NCBI GenBank assembly: GCA_963843795.1
Contig: CAWJLW010000006.1
Span: 1,116,001-1,180,000 of the forward strand
Source of the DNA: an uncultured bacterium
Lineage (GTDB): Bacteria; Armatimonadota; Abditibacteriia; Abditibacteriales; Abditibacteriaceae
Direction of reading: 5' to 3'
DNA length: 64,000 bases
In this document: one piece after another, positions 17,868 to 25,768 of the stretch
Layout: each line of letters starts with the position of its first letter
Position numbering within the stretch: the first letter of the stretch is position 1
Translations under genes and position numbers: made by a program
Notes under the pieces: model-generated
Databases searched by the model: none
What the model saw: only the letters and a program-made list of their open reading frames with translations
What the model was told of the DNA's origin: nothing

Positions 17868-19409
17868 ATGTTTTCGATGTCCGGAAACCGCTGCGCGCTA
17901 TCGGTATTTTCGATTTTGGTTTTATCTTCCGCCAGCGCATATGCCCAAACCGCAGTACCGTCTTCCGATCCGCAGATTCCCGCAACCGCTGGCCCCGCGA
18001 CAGCTAACACAAATGCAACGCCATCCACGCCCAAATCGGCGCTCAATGCTCCGATTAAATTCGGCTCTTACACCGTCACCGGTTCGCTGCGCGCGCGCTA
18101 CGAAAATTGGAATTGGTTCAGCACGCCGGGTTTCAACGATAGCTACGGCTTTGCGGGCGTTCTGGGGCGCGTGAGCATTGCCAAAGCAACGCCGAAATTG
18201 GATGTGTTGGCTGAAGTCGCCGTGCCGGTTTTGTTGGGTTTGCCCAACAACGCCATCGCGCCCGCGCCGCAGGGTCAGTTAGGTTTAGGTGCGTCGTATC
18301 GCGCCGCCTCTGGGGGTCAGGACTCCAGTATTTTTCCCAAGCAGGTTTACGCACGTTTCAAATTTGACGGTGGCAAATCGAGTTTGCGTCTGGGCCGTTT
18401 CGAGTTCATGGACGGTAGCGAAACCGTTCCCGCCAGCCCGACTTTGGCCGCGCTCAAGCGCGACCGCATCAATCAGCGTGTAATTGGCACTTTCGGATTT
18501 TCGCACGTCGGGCGTTCGTTTGATGGTGCGCAATATCAATTCAAGGACAAAAGCGGTGGCGTCGCTAATATCATGGCGTTTCGACCGACCGAAGGCGTGT
18601 TTCAATTGAACGGTTTGGGCGAAGTTGCTGATGTTGATGCCGCTTATGCGTCGTATACCAAACCCTTGAAAAATGCTGATGCACGTTTGTTCGCCTTGTA
18701 TTATCGCGATGGGCGAGCCGCGCCCCAATCGGTGAAAACCGATAACCGACCTTTGGCCGCGCGTCAAGTCGATAGCGAAAATATCGGCATCACAACGCTG
18801 GGTGCGCATTATATCGGTCAGTTCAAACAGTTCGATGTGCTGGGCTGGGGCGCGCTGCAAAGCGGGAATTGGGGCACGCTCAGTCATCGTGCCAACGCTT
18901 TAGCTTTCGAAGCCGGTTATCAACCGAAAAGGAGCAAATTGAAGCCGTGGCTGCGACTGGGATATTTTCGTTCCAGCGGCGATGGCGACAACACAGATAA
19001 TCGTCATGGCACCTGGTTTAGCGTGCTACCGACGCCGCGCGTTTATGCGCGCACGCCGTTTTTTAATCAGATGAACAACGAAGATTTATTCGCCGAAGTC
19101 ATCCTGCGCCCGACGACCAAACTTTCTATCCGCTCCGATGCACACAAATTGAATTTGAGCAACAATCGCGATCTTTGGTATGCCGGTGGCGGTGCGTTCA
19201 GCGATGCCGGGTTCGGTTTCGCGGGTCGACCCTCTGGAGGCAACAATTCGTTGGGCAACTTGTTCGATATCAGTCTCGATTACAACCTGTCATCCCAACA
19301 AACTTTGAGCTTGTATTTCGGCCACGCTCAAGGCGGCGATGTCATCGACACCATCTACGCCGGTAACAAACTGAACTACGCGTTTGCCGAATTTACTCAG
19401 AAGTTTTAA
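17868..19409 (+). CDS. outer-membrane beta-barrel (alginate-export family-like), probable nitrate porin
   Basis: signal peptide AYA|Q; GSLRARYE, LRLGRFEF, GRSFDGA, SSGDGD; C-terminal Phe (FTQKF); lies inside the nitrate cluster. Confidence 0.75.
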   Translation: MFSMSGNRCALSVFSILVLSSASAYAQTAVPSSDPQIPATAGPATANTNATPSTPKSALNAPIKFGSYTVTGSLRARYENWNWFSTPGFNDSYGFAGVLGRVSIAKATPKLDVLAEVAVPVLLGLPNNAIAPAPQGQLGLGASYRAASGGQDSSIFPKQVYARFKFDGGKSSLRLGRFEFMDGSETVPASPTLAALKRDRINQRVIGTFGFSHVGRSFDGAQYQFKDKSGGVANIMAFRPTEGVFQLNGLGEVADVDAAYASYTKPLKNADARLFALYYRDGRAAPQSVKTDNRPLAARQVDSENIGITTLGAHYIGQFKQFDVLGWGALQSGNWGTLSHRANALAFEAGYQPKRSKLKPWLRLGYFRSSGDGDNTDNRHGTWFSVLPTPRVYARTPFFNQMNNEDLFAEVILRPTTKLSIRSDAHKLNLSNNRDLWYAGGGAFSDAGFGFAGRPSGGNNSLGNLFDISLDYNLSSQQTLSLYFGHAQGGDVIDTIYAGNKLNYAFAEFTQKF

Positions 19410-19418
19410 GTGAAAATT

Positions 19419-19456
19419 CGCTTGAAGCGCTGCAAGTACTTGCAGCGCTTCAAGCG
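19419..19456. repeat. 38-bp perfect palindrome centred on the iterated motif
   Basis: CGCTTGAAGCGCTGCAAGT|ACTTGCAGCGCTTCAAGCG. Confidence 0.85.
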
Positions 19457-19465
19457 TTGAATTTT

Positions 19466-21586
19466 ATGCGCATTGACCTTTCGCCTTCTTCGAATATGCC
19501 TGTCTCGGTCACGCCGACGCATTGCCCTTATTGCGCGATGCAGTGTGGCATGAACCTGCGCGCCCCTCAAAAAGAGGGCGAAAGTGAATGGACGATAGAG
19601 CTGCGCGACTTTCCCACTAACAAAGGTGGTTTGTGCCGTAAAGGTTGGACTTCCGCGCAGTTGTTGGGACATTCCGAACGCTTGACTGCGCCGCTGTTGC
19701 GCCGCGAAAAAGGTGCAGCTTTAGAAGAAGTTTCGTGGGATGAAGCATTGGATTTTATCGTCGAAAAGATACAGAAAATCCAGTGCGAAAGCGGGCCGGA
19801 GAAAATCGCGGTGTTTGGGGGCGGCGGTTTAACGAACGAGAAAGCCTATTGGCTGGGCAAGTTCGCGCGCGTTGCCCTCAGAACGCCTAACATCGACTAC
19901 AACGGGCGCTTTTGTATGGCAAGTGCGGCGAGCGCGGGCATTCGCGCGTTTGGCATTGATCGCGGCTTGCCGTTTCCGATGAGCGACATCGCGCAGGCCG
20001 ATACGATTCTACTTGTTGGCTCCAATGTCGCCGAGACGATGCCGCCGATAATGCAGTATTTCGATGCGCAGCGCGAAAACGGCGGTCAACTTATCGTCGT
20101 CGATCCGCGCCGTACACCAACCGCAAGCAGTGCCACGCTGCATTTGCAAACCACGCCGGGCAGCGACTTAGCCCTTGCCAATGGCTTGTTGAACATAGCG
20201 ATTCGTAAAGGTTATCTGGATAAAGATTTCATCGATGCGCGCACGATAGGTTGGGAAGAAACACGGCGCGTGGCAATGGCGTATTGGCCGGAGCGCGTTG
20301 AAATGATGACCGGCATCGCGTTAGCCAAACTCGAAGCCGCCTGCAAGTACTTGCATCAGGGAAATCGGGTGCTCGTCTTAACTGCGCGCGGTGCGGAACA
20401 GCATTCCAAAGGCACCGATACCGTGCAGGCGTTCATCAATCTGAGCTTGGCACTGGGCAAAGCCGGAAAAGAAGGCAGCGGTTTTGGAACGATCACTGGG
20501 CAGGGCAACGGGCAGGGCGGGCGCGAACACGGACAAAAAGCCGATCAACTGCCCGGATATCGCAAAATTGATAACCCCGAACATCGCGCTTTCATCTCCC
20601 AAATTTGGGAAATCGACGAACGCGATTTGCCACAAAAAGGCGTTTCCGCTTACGAACTTTTGGATGCGCTGGGAACGGAAAATGGCGCGCGCGCGATGAT
20701 CGTGATGGGTTCCAATGTCGCGGTTTCGGTTCCGCGTTCGATGCACATTCGCGAACGTTTGCAAGCCCTGGATTTACTGGTCGTAGCCGATTTATTTTTA
20801 TCGGAAACCGCCGCGTTGGCAGATGTGGTTTTGCCTTCAACACAGTGGGCGGAAGAAGAAGGCACGATGACGAACTTGGAAGGCCGCGTTTTGCGCCGCA
20901 AACAAGCCAAAATTCCGCCGCCGAATGTATGGAGCGACTTGAAAATTCTCAGCACGCTGGCCGCGCGTTTGGGCCGCGAACGCTGGTTTTCAACGGATAA
21001 TGCGAGTGAGGTGTGGGACGAGTTGCGGCGTGCGAGTGCGGGCGGCGCTGCCGATTACAGCGGCATTAGTTACAACCGCATAGAACGCGAAAATGGTGTT
21101 TTCTGGCCGTGCCCGGAAAATGGCGATTCTACGCCGCGCATGTTTTTGGACAAGTTCGCCACGTCCGATGGCCGCGCGCGTTTTTGCGCCGTCGCGCACC
21201 GCGAAGCGGGCGAAGAACCAGATAGAGATTTTCCGCTTTTCCTGACAACGGGACGCCTGATGGGCCATTACCAGAGCGGTACGCAAACTCGACGCGTGCC
21301 TGAACTTAATGCCAACGCGCCGAATTCCTTTGTCGAAATGCATCCGGCTTTGGCGCAGGCCTTGAAAATTAATCATGACGAACTTGTGCGGGTTGTCTCC
21401 AGACGCGGTGAAGCGCGCGCTCTGGCGAAAGTGACGAAAACGATTCGGCGCGACACGATTTTTATGCCGTTTCACTGGGGCGATGACGGTTGCGCAAATG
21501 TATTAACCAATCCCGAACTCGACCCGATCTCCAAGATGCCGGAATTCAAATTATGCGCGGCGCGTGTAGAAAAAATAATCGAGTGA
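19466..21586 (+). CDS. nasA: assimilatory nitrate reductase catalytic subunit (molybdopterin oxidoreductase); start may be 19496
   Basis: HCPYCAMQCG...LCRKG [4Fe-4S] motif; NIDYNGRFCMASA, TGQGNGQGGRE, EGTMTNLEGR, LTTGR, DPISKMPEFK. Confidence 0.9.
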   Translation: MRIDLSPSSNMPVSVTPTHCPYCAMQCGMNLRAPQKEGESEWTIELRDFPTNKGGLCRKGWTSAQLLGHSERLTAPLLRREKGAALEEVSWDEALDFIVEKIQKIQCESGPEKIAVFGGGGLTNEKAYWLGKFARVALRTPNIDYNGRFCMASAASAGIRAFGIDRGLPFPMSDIAQADTILLVGSNVAETMPPIMQYFDAQRENGGQLIVVDPRRTPTASSATLHLQTTPGSDLALANGLLNIAIRKGYLDKDFIDARTIGWEETRRVAMAYWPERVEMMTGIALAKLEAACKYLHQGNRVLVLTARGAEQHSKGTDTVQAFINLSLALGKAGKEGSGFGTITGQGNGQGGREHGQKADQLPGYRKIDNPEHRAFISQIWEIDERDLPQKGVSAYELLDALGTENGARAMIVMGSNVAVSVPRSMHIRERLQALDLLVVADLFLSETAALADVVLPSTQWAEEEGTMTNLEGRVLRRKQAKIPPPNVWSDLKILSTLAARLGRERWFSTDNASEVWDELRRASAGGAADYSGISYNRIERENGVFWPCPENGDSTPRMFLDKFATSDGRARFCAVAHREAGEEPDRDFPLFLTTGRLMGHYQSGTQTRRVPELNANAPNSFVEMHPALAQALKINHDELVRVVSRRGEARALAKVTKTIRRDTIFMPFHWGDDGCANVLTNPELDPISKMPEFKLCAARVEKIIE

Positions 21587-21628
21587 AATCGCTAAAATGC
21601 TTGCTGCAAGTACTTGAGGGAGAAGATT

Positions 21629-22414
21629 ATGAATATCGTGGATCACAACAGCCGTGCATGGGACGGTTACGTCGAAGCGGGCAATCAGTGGAGCATTCCA
21701 GTTTCGCGCGAAACCGTTGAACGGGCCCAACAGGGCGACTGGGAAATTATTCTGACGCCGCAAATCGCCGTGCCGAGCGCGTGGTTTGGCAACGCAAATG
21801 GCGATGTCGCGGGCCAAGATATTCTGTGCCTGGCTTCGGGCGGAGGGCAACAAGCACCCATTTTAGCCGCAGCGGGCGCGAGCGTCACGGTTTTCGATGC
21901 CTCGCCCAAACAGTTGGAAAAAGATCGTCTGGTGGCTCATCGCGATAATCTGACACTTCGCATCGAGCAGGGCGATGCCGCCGATTTATCGCGCTTTGCC
22001 AATGCCAGTTTCGATCTGGTAATTAATCCGTGCTCTTCGTGTTTTATGGAAAACGTGCTGCCGGTCTGGAAAGAATGCTTTCGCGTTTTGCGCAGTGGCG
22101 GAGCGCTGTTGACCGGTTTTAATCAGCCGTTCGTTTACATTTTCGATTATAAGGCCGAAGAAGCGGGCCGTTTGGAAATCAGACACAAACTCCCGTATTC
22201 GGATGTGGATTCGCTGTCCGAAGCCGAAATGCAAGAGCGCCTGGATAGTGGCGAGGCTCTGGAATGGAGCCATTCTCTGGACGCGCAGATCGGCGGTCAG
22301 CTGGAAGCGGGATTTTTGATCGCAGGTTTCTACGAAGATTGGTGGACGGACGAAGCGCGCATTTTGAACCGTTACGCGCCCACTTTTATCGCCACACGCG
22401 CGTTGAAGTTGTAA
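21629..22414 (+). CDS. class I SAM-dependent methyltransferase
   Basis: ILCLASGGGQQ motif I, VFDAS, SFDLVINP, RVLRSGG. Confidence 0.85.
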   Translation: MNIVDHNSRAWDGYVEAGNQWSIPVSRETVERAQQGDWEIILTPQIAVPSAWFGNANGDVAGQDILCLASGGGQQAPILAAAGASVTVFDASPKQLEKDRLVAHRDNLTLRIEQGDAADLSRFANASFDLVINPCSSCFMENVLPVWKECFRVLRSGGALLTGFNQPFVYIFDYKAEEAGRLEIRHKLPYSDVDSLSEAEMQERLDSGEALEWSHSLDAQIGGQLEAGFLIAGFYEDWWTDEARILNRYAPTFIATRALKL

Positions 22415-22462
22415 AGGAGCGGTAAAAGCATTTGTGAAGCACGCCCCGAGTGCTTGCGGCTG

Positions 22463-22500
22463 CTTACAGCGCTGAAACCTGAAATTAACACAACGCGCAC
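22463..22500 (+). promoter_or_regulatory. GlnR-box-like 11-bp-periodic repeat upstream of the FAD oxidoreductase
   Basis: CTTAC-n6-GAAAC-n6-TTAAC-n6-CGCAC. Confidence 0.45.
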
Positions 22501-22536
22501 TGACCAAATTTCATTATTCAATCACTTTGAATTTCT

Positions 22537-23994
22537 ATGATGAAACAGCGATTGGTGATAATTGGCAACGGCATGGCGGGCGCGCGCTTTGTCGAGGAAT
22601 TGTTGCGTCGCGGTGGCAACGAGCGCTTCGAAATCACGGTTTTTGGGGCCGAAGCGCGCGGCAACTACAATCGCATTTTGCTCTCCAATGTGCTCAACGG
22701 ACAGCAAAGCGCCGATGAAATTGTGCTTAATCCGCTCGAATGGTACCGGCAAAACGACATCGTGCTGCGTCATGGAGTGCGCGTCACCGAAATTGACCGC
22801 AAAGCTCAGCAGTTACTTGCCGCAGATGGCAGTCGCACCGCTTACGATATTTTGGTTCTGGCAACTGGTAGCCGTCCCTATTTGCCGCCAATTGATGGCT
22901 TGATTGCTGAAAATGGCGCGCGTAAAGCAGGCGTTTTCGTGATGCGCACTGTGGACGATTGCGACCGCATCGCGCGGTTCGCCCAAGACATTGAAAAAGC
23001 CGCTGTGATTGGCGGCGGATTGTTGGGTTTGGAAGCCGCGCGTGGCCTGCTGCGTTTTGGTGCGCAGGTCAGCGTAGTGCATCGCAGCGCACATCTGATG
23101 AATCAGCAGTTGGATGCGACTGCGGGCGCAATGCTGGGACGCGCCATTGGCAATCTGGGCGTAAACATCGTTTTGTGCAAAGATACGGCGCGTGTGCTGG
23201 GTGAGCCAAGTGTCAAGGCGTTGCAATTTCGCGATGGTGATAGTTTGGATTGCGAAATGGTCGTCATCGCGTGCGGCATCGCGCCGCGCGTTGAACTGGC
23301 GCAATCGTGCGGTTTGACAGTGAATCGGGCGATTGTTGTGAATGACCAAATGCGTTCGATTGATGATGAGTCGATTTATGTCGTCGGCGAATGTGCCGAA
23401 CATCGTGGGCAAACGTACGGACTTGTCGCGCCGCTTTGGGAACAAGCGCGCGTGCTGGCCGACATTTTGTCGGGACGCCACGAACACGCGATTTATGAAG
23501 GTTCGAAAACTTCGACCAAACTGAAAGTGCTCGGTATTGACTTGGCTTCGATGGGCGAAATTGAAGCGCGCGATGAAAACGACGAAGTAATCGTGTACAG
23601 CGAACCCAAACGCGGTCGCTACAAAAAACTGATTATTCGCGATGGCCGTCTGGTCGGCGCGATTTTGCTGGGTGATCTCAATCAGGCCGCCGGTTTGGGC
23701 CAGACTTTCGAGCGCGACATCGTGCTGCCATGCGAACGCGCCGAATTATTGTTCGACATCGGCGAAGGCGCAAAAACCAGCGTGGCGAACTTGCCCCACG
23801 AAGCCGTTATTTGCAATTGCAACGCGGTGAGCAAAGGCACGATTGAAGTGTGTATCGGAAGCGGTGCGAGGGCGTTGTCAGAAGTCATGGCGCAAACGCG
23901 CGCGGGCACCGGCTGCGGGAGTTGCAAAGGCGCGCTGCGCGAATTGTTGGCCGCCGCGCCGCAAAAGCCAAGCGGCGTTTTACAGGCCGCCTGA
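22537..23994 (+). CDS. NAD(P)H/FAD oxidoreductase with BFD-like [2Fe-2S] domain (NirB N-terminal-like; probable nitrate reductase electron-transfer subunit)
   Basis: IIGNGMAG, YNRILLS, LATGS, IGGGLLGLEAA, GECAEH, ICNCN...AGTGCGSC; ends before any siroheme domain. Confidence 0.85.
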   Translation: MMKQRLVIIGNGMAGARFVEELLRRGGNERFEITVFGAEARGNYNRILLSNVLNGQQSADEIVLNPLEWYRQNDIVLRHGVRVTEIDRKAQQLLAADGSRTAYDILVLATGSRPYLPPIDGLIAENGARKAGVFVMRTVDDCDRIARFAQDIEKAAVIGGGLLGLEAARGLLRFGAQVSVVHRSAHLMNQQLDATAGAMLGRAIGNLGVNIVLCKDTARVLGEPSVKALQFRDGDSLDCEMVVIACGIAPRVELAQSCGLTVNRAIVVNDQMRSIDDESIYVVGECAEHRGQTYGLVAPLWEQARVLADILSGRHEHAIYEGSKTSTKLKVLGIDLASMGEIEARDENDEVIVYSEPKRGRYKKLIIRDGRLVGAILLGDLNQAAGLGQTFERDIVLPCERAELLFDIGEGAKTSVANLPHEAVICNCNAVSKGTIEVCIGSGARALSEVMAQTRAGTGCGSCKGALRELLAAAPQKPSGVLQAA

Positions 23995-23995
23995 T

Positions 23996-24031
23996 GAAAA
24001 TGGCCGCGCAAGTACTTGTGCGGCCATTTTC
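23996..24031. terminator. 36-bp palindrome (1 mismatch) centred on a motif variant, between convergent genes
   Basis: GAAAATGGCCGCGCAAGT|ACTTGTGCGGCCATTTTC. Confidence 0.75.
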
Positions 24032-24035
24032 GTTT

Positions 24036-24458
24036 TTAATCGAGCCAAGATTCGGGGCGACAAACCAGAACTTCGATGCTGGTGGCTTCAAAAGTGCGCG
24101 CGACCGATGCGCGCGCTTGCTCGACGACATCGCGCAAACCGCTATGGCGCGCGAACGAGCTGTCGTCGTTTTCCAGCCAGTCGGGTAGCGGCACGATTTC
24201 GCCATGCACGGCAGCAAGGACTTGCGCTAAAGAAATTTCGTCAGGGCTGCGGCTGAGTCGATAACCGCCGCGCTGACCTTTTTTGCTTTCTACTAGCCCC
24301 GCATTTTTCAGGTCGAGCAGCACTTGTTCGAGATATTTGCGCGGAATGTCGCAAGCCGTGGCAATTTCGGCGATTTGTCCCCATTCATCGCGCGCGTGCG
24401 TGCGAATCAAGTAAGCCAGTGCTTCCAAAGCATATTTTGTGGTGTGACCCAAACGCAT
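24036..24458 (-). CDS. Rrf2 family transcriptional regulator (lacks the Fe-S Cys triad)
   Basis: YALEALAYL, IPRKYLEQVLLDLKNAGLVESKKGQRGGYRL. Confidence 0.88.
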   Translation of the reverse strand: MRLGHTTKYALEALAYLIRTHARDEWGQIAEIATACDIPRKYLEQVLLDLKNAGLVESKKGQRGGYRLSRSPDEISLAQVLAAVHGEIVPLPDWLENDDSSFARHSGLRDVVEQARASVARTFEATSIEVLVCRPESWLD

Positions 24459-24609
24459 GATGCGCAGTGTAGCAACTCGTCCTTGTCATGTGGTCGCCTA
24501 AGACGCCTACCAACCCGTCCAGTATAAGTGTGGCCAATGCATTGCAACTGTGAAATTTAGTAAACGATTAACGGTACGATTAGCGAAAGAGACAATTGGA
24601 GCGTGGTAA

Positions 24610-25443
24610 GTGAAAAATGGTAAAGTGGAGCAAAAATCAAGTGAAATTACGGTGTGTGTATCGCCTCAGCGCTTGCTGCACTCACTGGTAATATGCGTGG
24701 TGGCTTTGCTAGTTTTGGATCTAATTGGGCAAACGGCCCGATATATCTTTGGTTATGGTTCCCTCAAGGGTCTTATAAAGCTGTTCAACCTGGATGCAGA
24801 AAATGCGATTCCGGCAGCATTTTCGGGGTTTTTACTGGCATCATGTGCTCTTGTGTTGCTGCATATTAGCCAAAAAGTAAGGCAGGCAAAAGAACCCCAG
24901 AGTCTCTACGCGCGGCACTGGAAGGGGCTTTCCATTATTTTTTTGCTGCTATCGTTGGATGAATTATGTTCGATGCACGAACAGTTAATTCTGCCCCTGC
25001 GTCACTTGTTGCACACAAGCGGATTATTTTATTACGCCTGGATTATACCGGGAATGATTTTTGTAGCCGCGCTTGCAGCGGTTTATGCGCGTTTTTTGAG
25101 GCATTTAGAGCCCAGAGTGCGCAATCGCTTTTTGCTCTCAGCGATCATTTATGTGGGAGGCGCAGTGGGTGTGGAGATGATTGGTGGATGGTGGAGTGAG
25201 CAGCACAGCGGAAGAAACATCACCTTTGCTTTGTTGGTTGCAGTCGAGGAAACTATGGAAATGATGGGAGCCACCCTCTTCCTCACCTTCCTGATACAAC
25301 ATGCCATTAGTTTGCAAAGTAGCGTTATAACTGCTCCTGAGAATGCCCTTTCAGAAATTGGCACCGAAAATTTTGAAAACATGGCTTTGCAAAGTGTTGA
25401 AGAAGCTTCGCTTGAAATGGCGACGGCATCATCCGGCGGGTAA
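24610..25443 (+). CDS. multi-pass membrane hypothetical protein with atypical codon usage
   Basis: about 6-7 hydrophobic segments; FNLDAENAIPAAFS, LSLDELCSMHE, EETMEMMG. Confidence 0.75.
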   Translation: MKNGKVEQKSSEITVCVSPQRLLHSLVICVVALLVLDLIGQTARYIFGYGSLKGLIKLFNLDAENAIPAAFSGFLLASCALVLLHISQKVRQAKEPQSLYARHWKGLSIIFLLLSLDELCSMHEQLILPLRHLLHTSGLFYYAWIIPGMIFVAALAAVYARFLRHLEPRVRNRFLLSAIIYVGGAVGVEMIGGWWSEQHSGRNITFALLVAVEETMEMMGATLFLTFLIQHAISLQSSVITAPENALSEIGTENFENMALQSVEEASLEMATASSGG

Positions 25444-25470
25444 TGCAGTTCCCTATGCTCCGACTCTCAT

Positions 25471-25504
25471 CAAAAGGCTCCGCAAGTCCTTGCGGAGCCT
25501 TTTG
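25471..25504 (+). terminator. 34-bp hairpin centred on a motif variant (GTCC centre)
   Basis: CAAAAGGCTCCGCAAGTCCTTGCGGAGCCTTTTG. Confidence 0.75.
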
Positions 25505-25573
25505 GTTAAAGCTGTATCGTCCCAAATTATGCGGATTAGTTGTGGCCTGTGATAGCTAAATTGAGCGCGACAT

Positions 25574-25602
25574 TTGACGAGCGGCCAAACGTGTGCTATC
25601 TT
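25574..25602 (+). promoter_or_regulatory. putative sigma-70 promoter
   Basis: TTGACG, 17-nt spacer, TATCTT with extended -10 TGn. Confidence 0.55.
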
Positions 25603-25768
25603 GTTACCGAATGTTAACGTGCACAGAAAATAACTCTTATAAAGCTACGCCCAAGCTCTGCGTTTAAAAAAGCCGGTGAGCGAGTCGTGCGCTGGCACGT
25701 TGATGACGGAGATCGAGTTGAAGTTGTAAAGGCGTTTTGCGCCCATATCTGCTGAAAAGGATGCTGCT

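Noticed and set aside
21629..22414. This methyltransferase as the DNA methylase for the GTAC/AGTACT core
   Set aside because: No DPPY/NPPY/SPPY or PCQ catalytic motif in a DNA-methyltransferase arrangement; it looks like a small-molecule class I methyltransferase.
22537..23994. Calling this gene nitrite reductase nirB
   Set aside because: At 485 aa it ends after the first BFD-like domain and lacks the siroheme/[4Fe-4S] catalytic domain.
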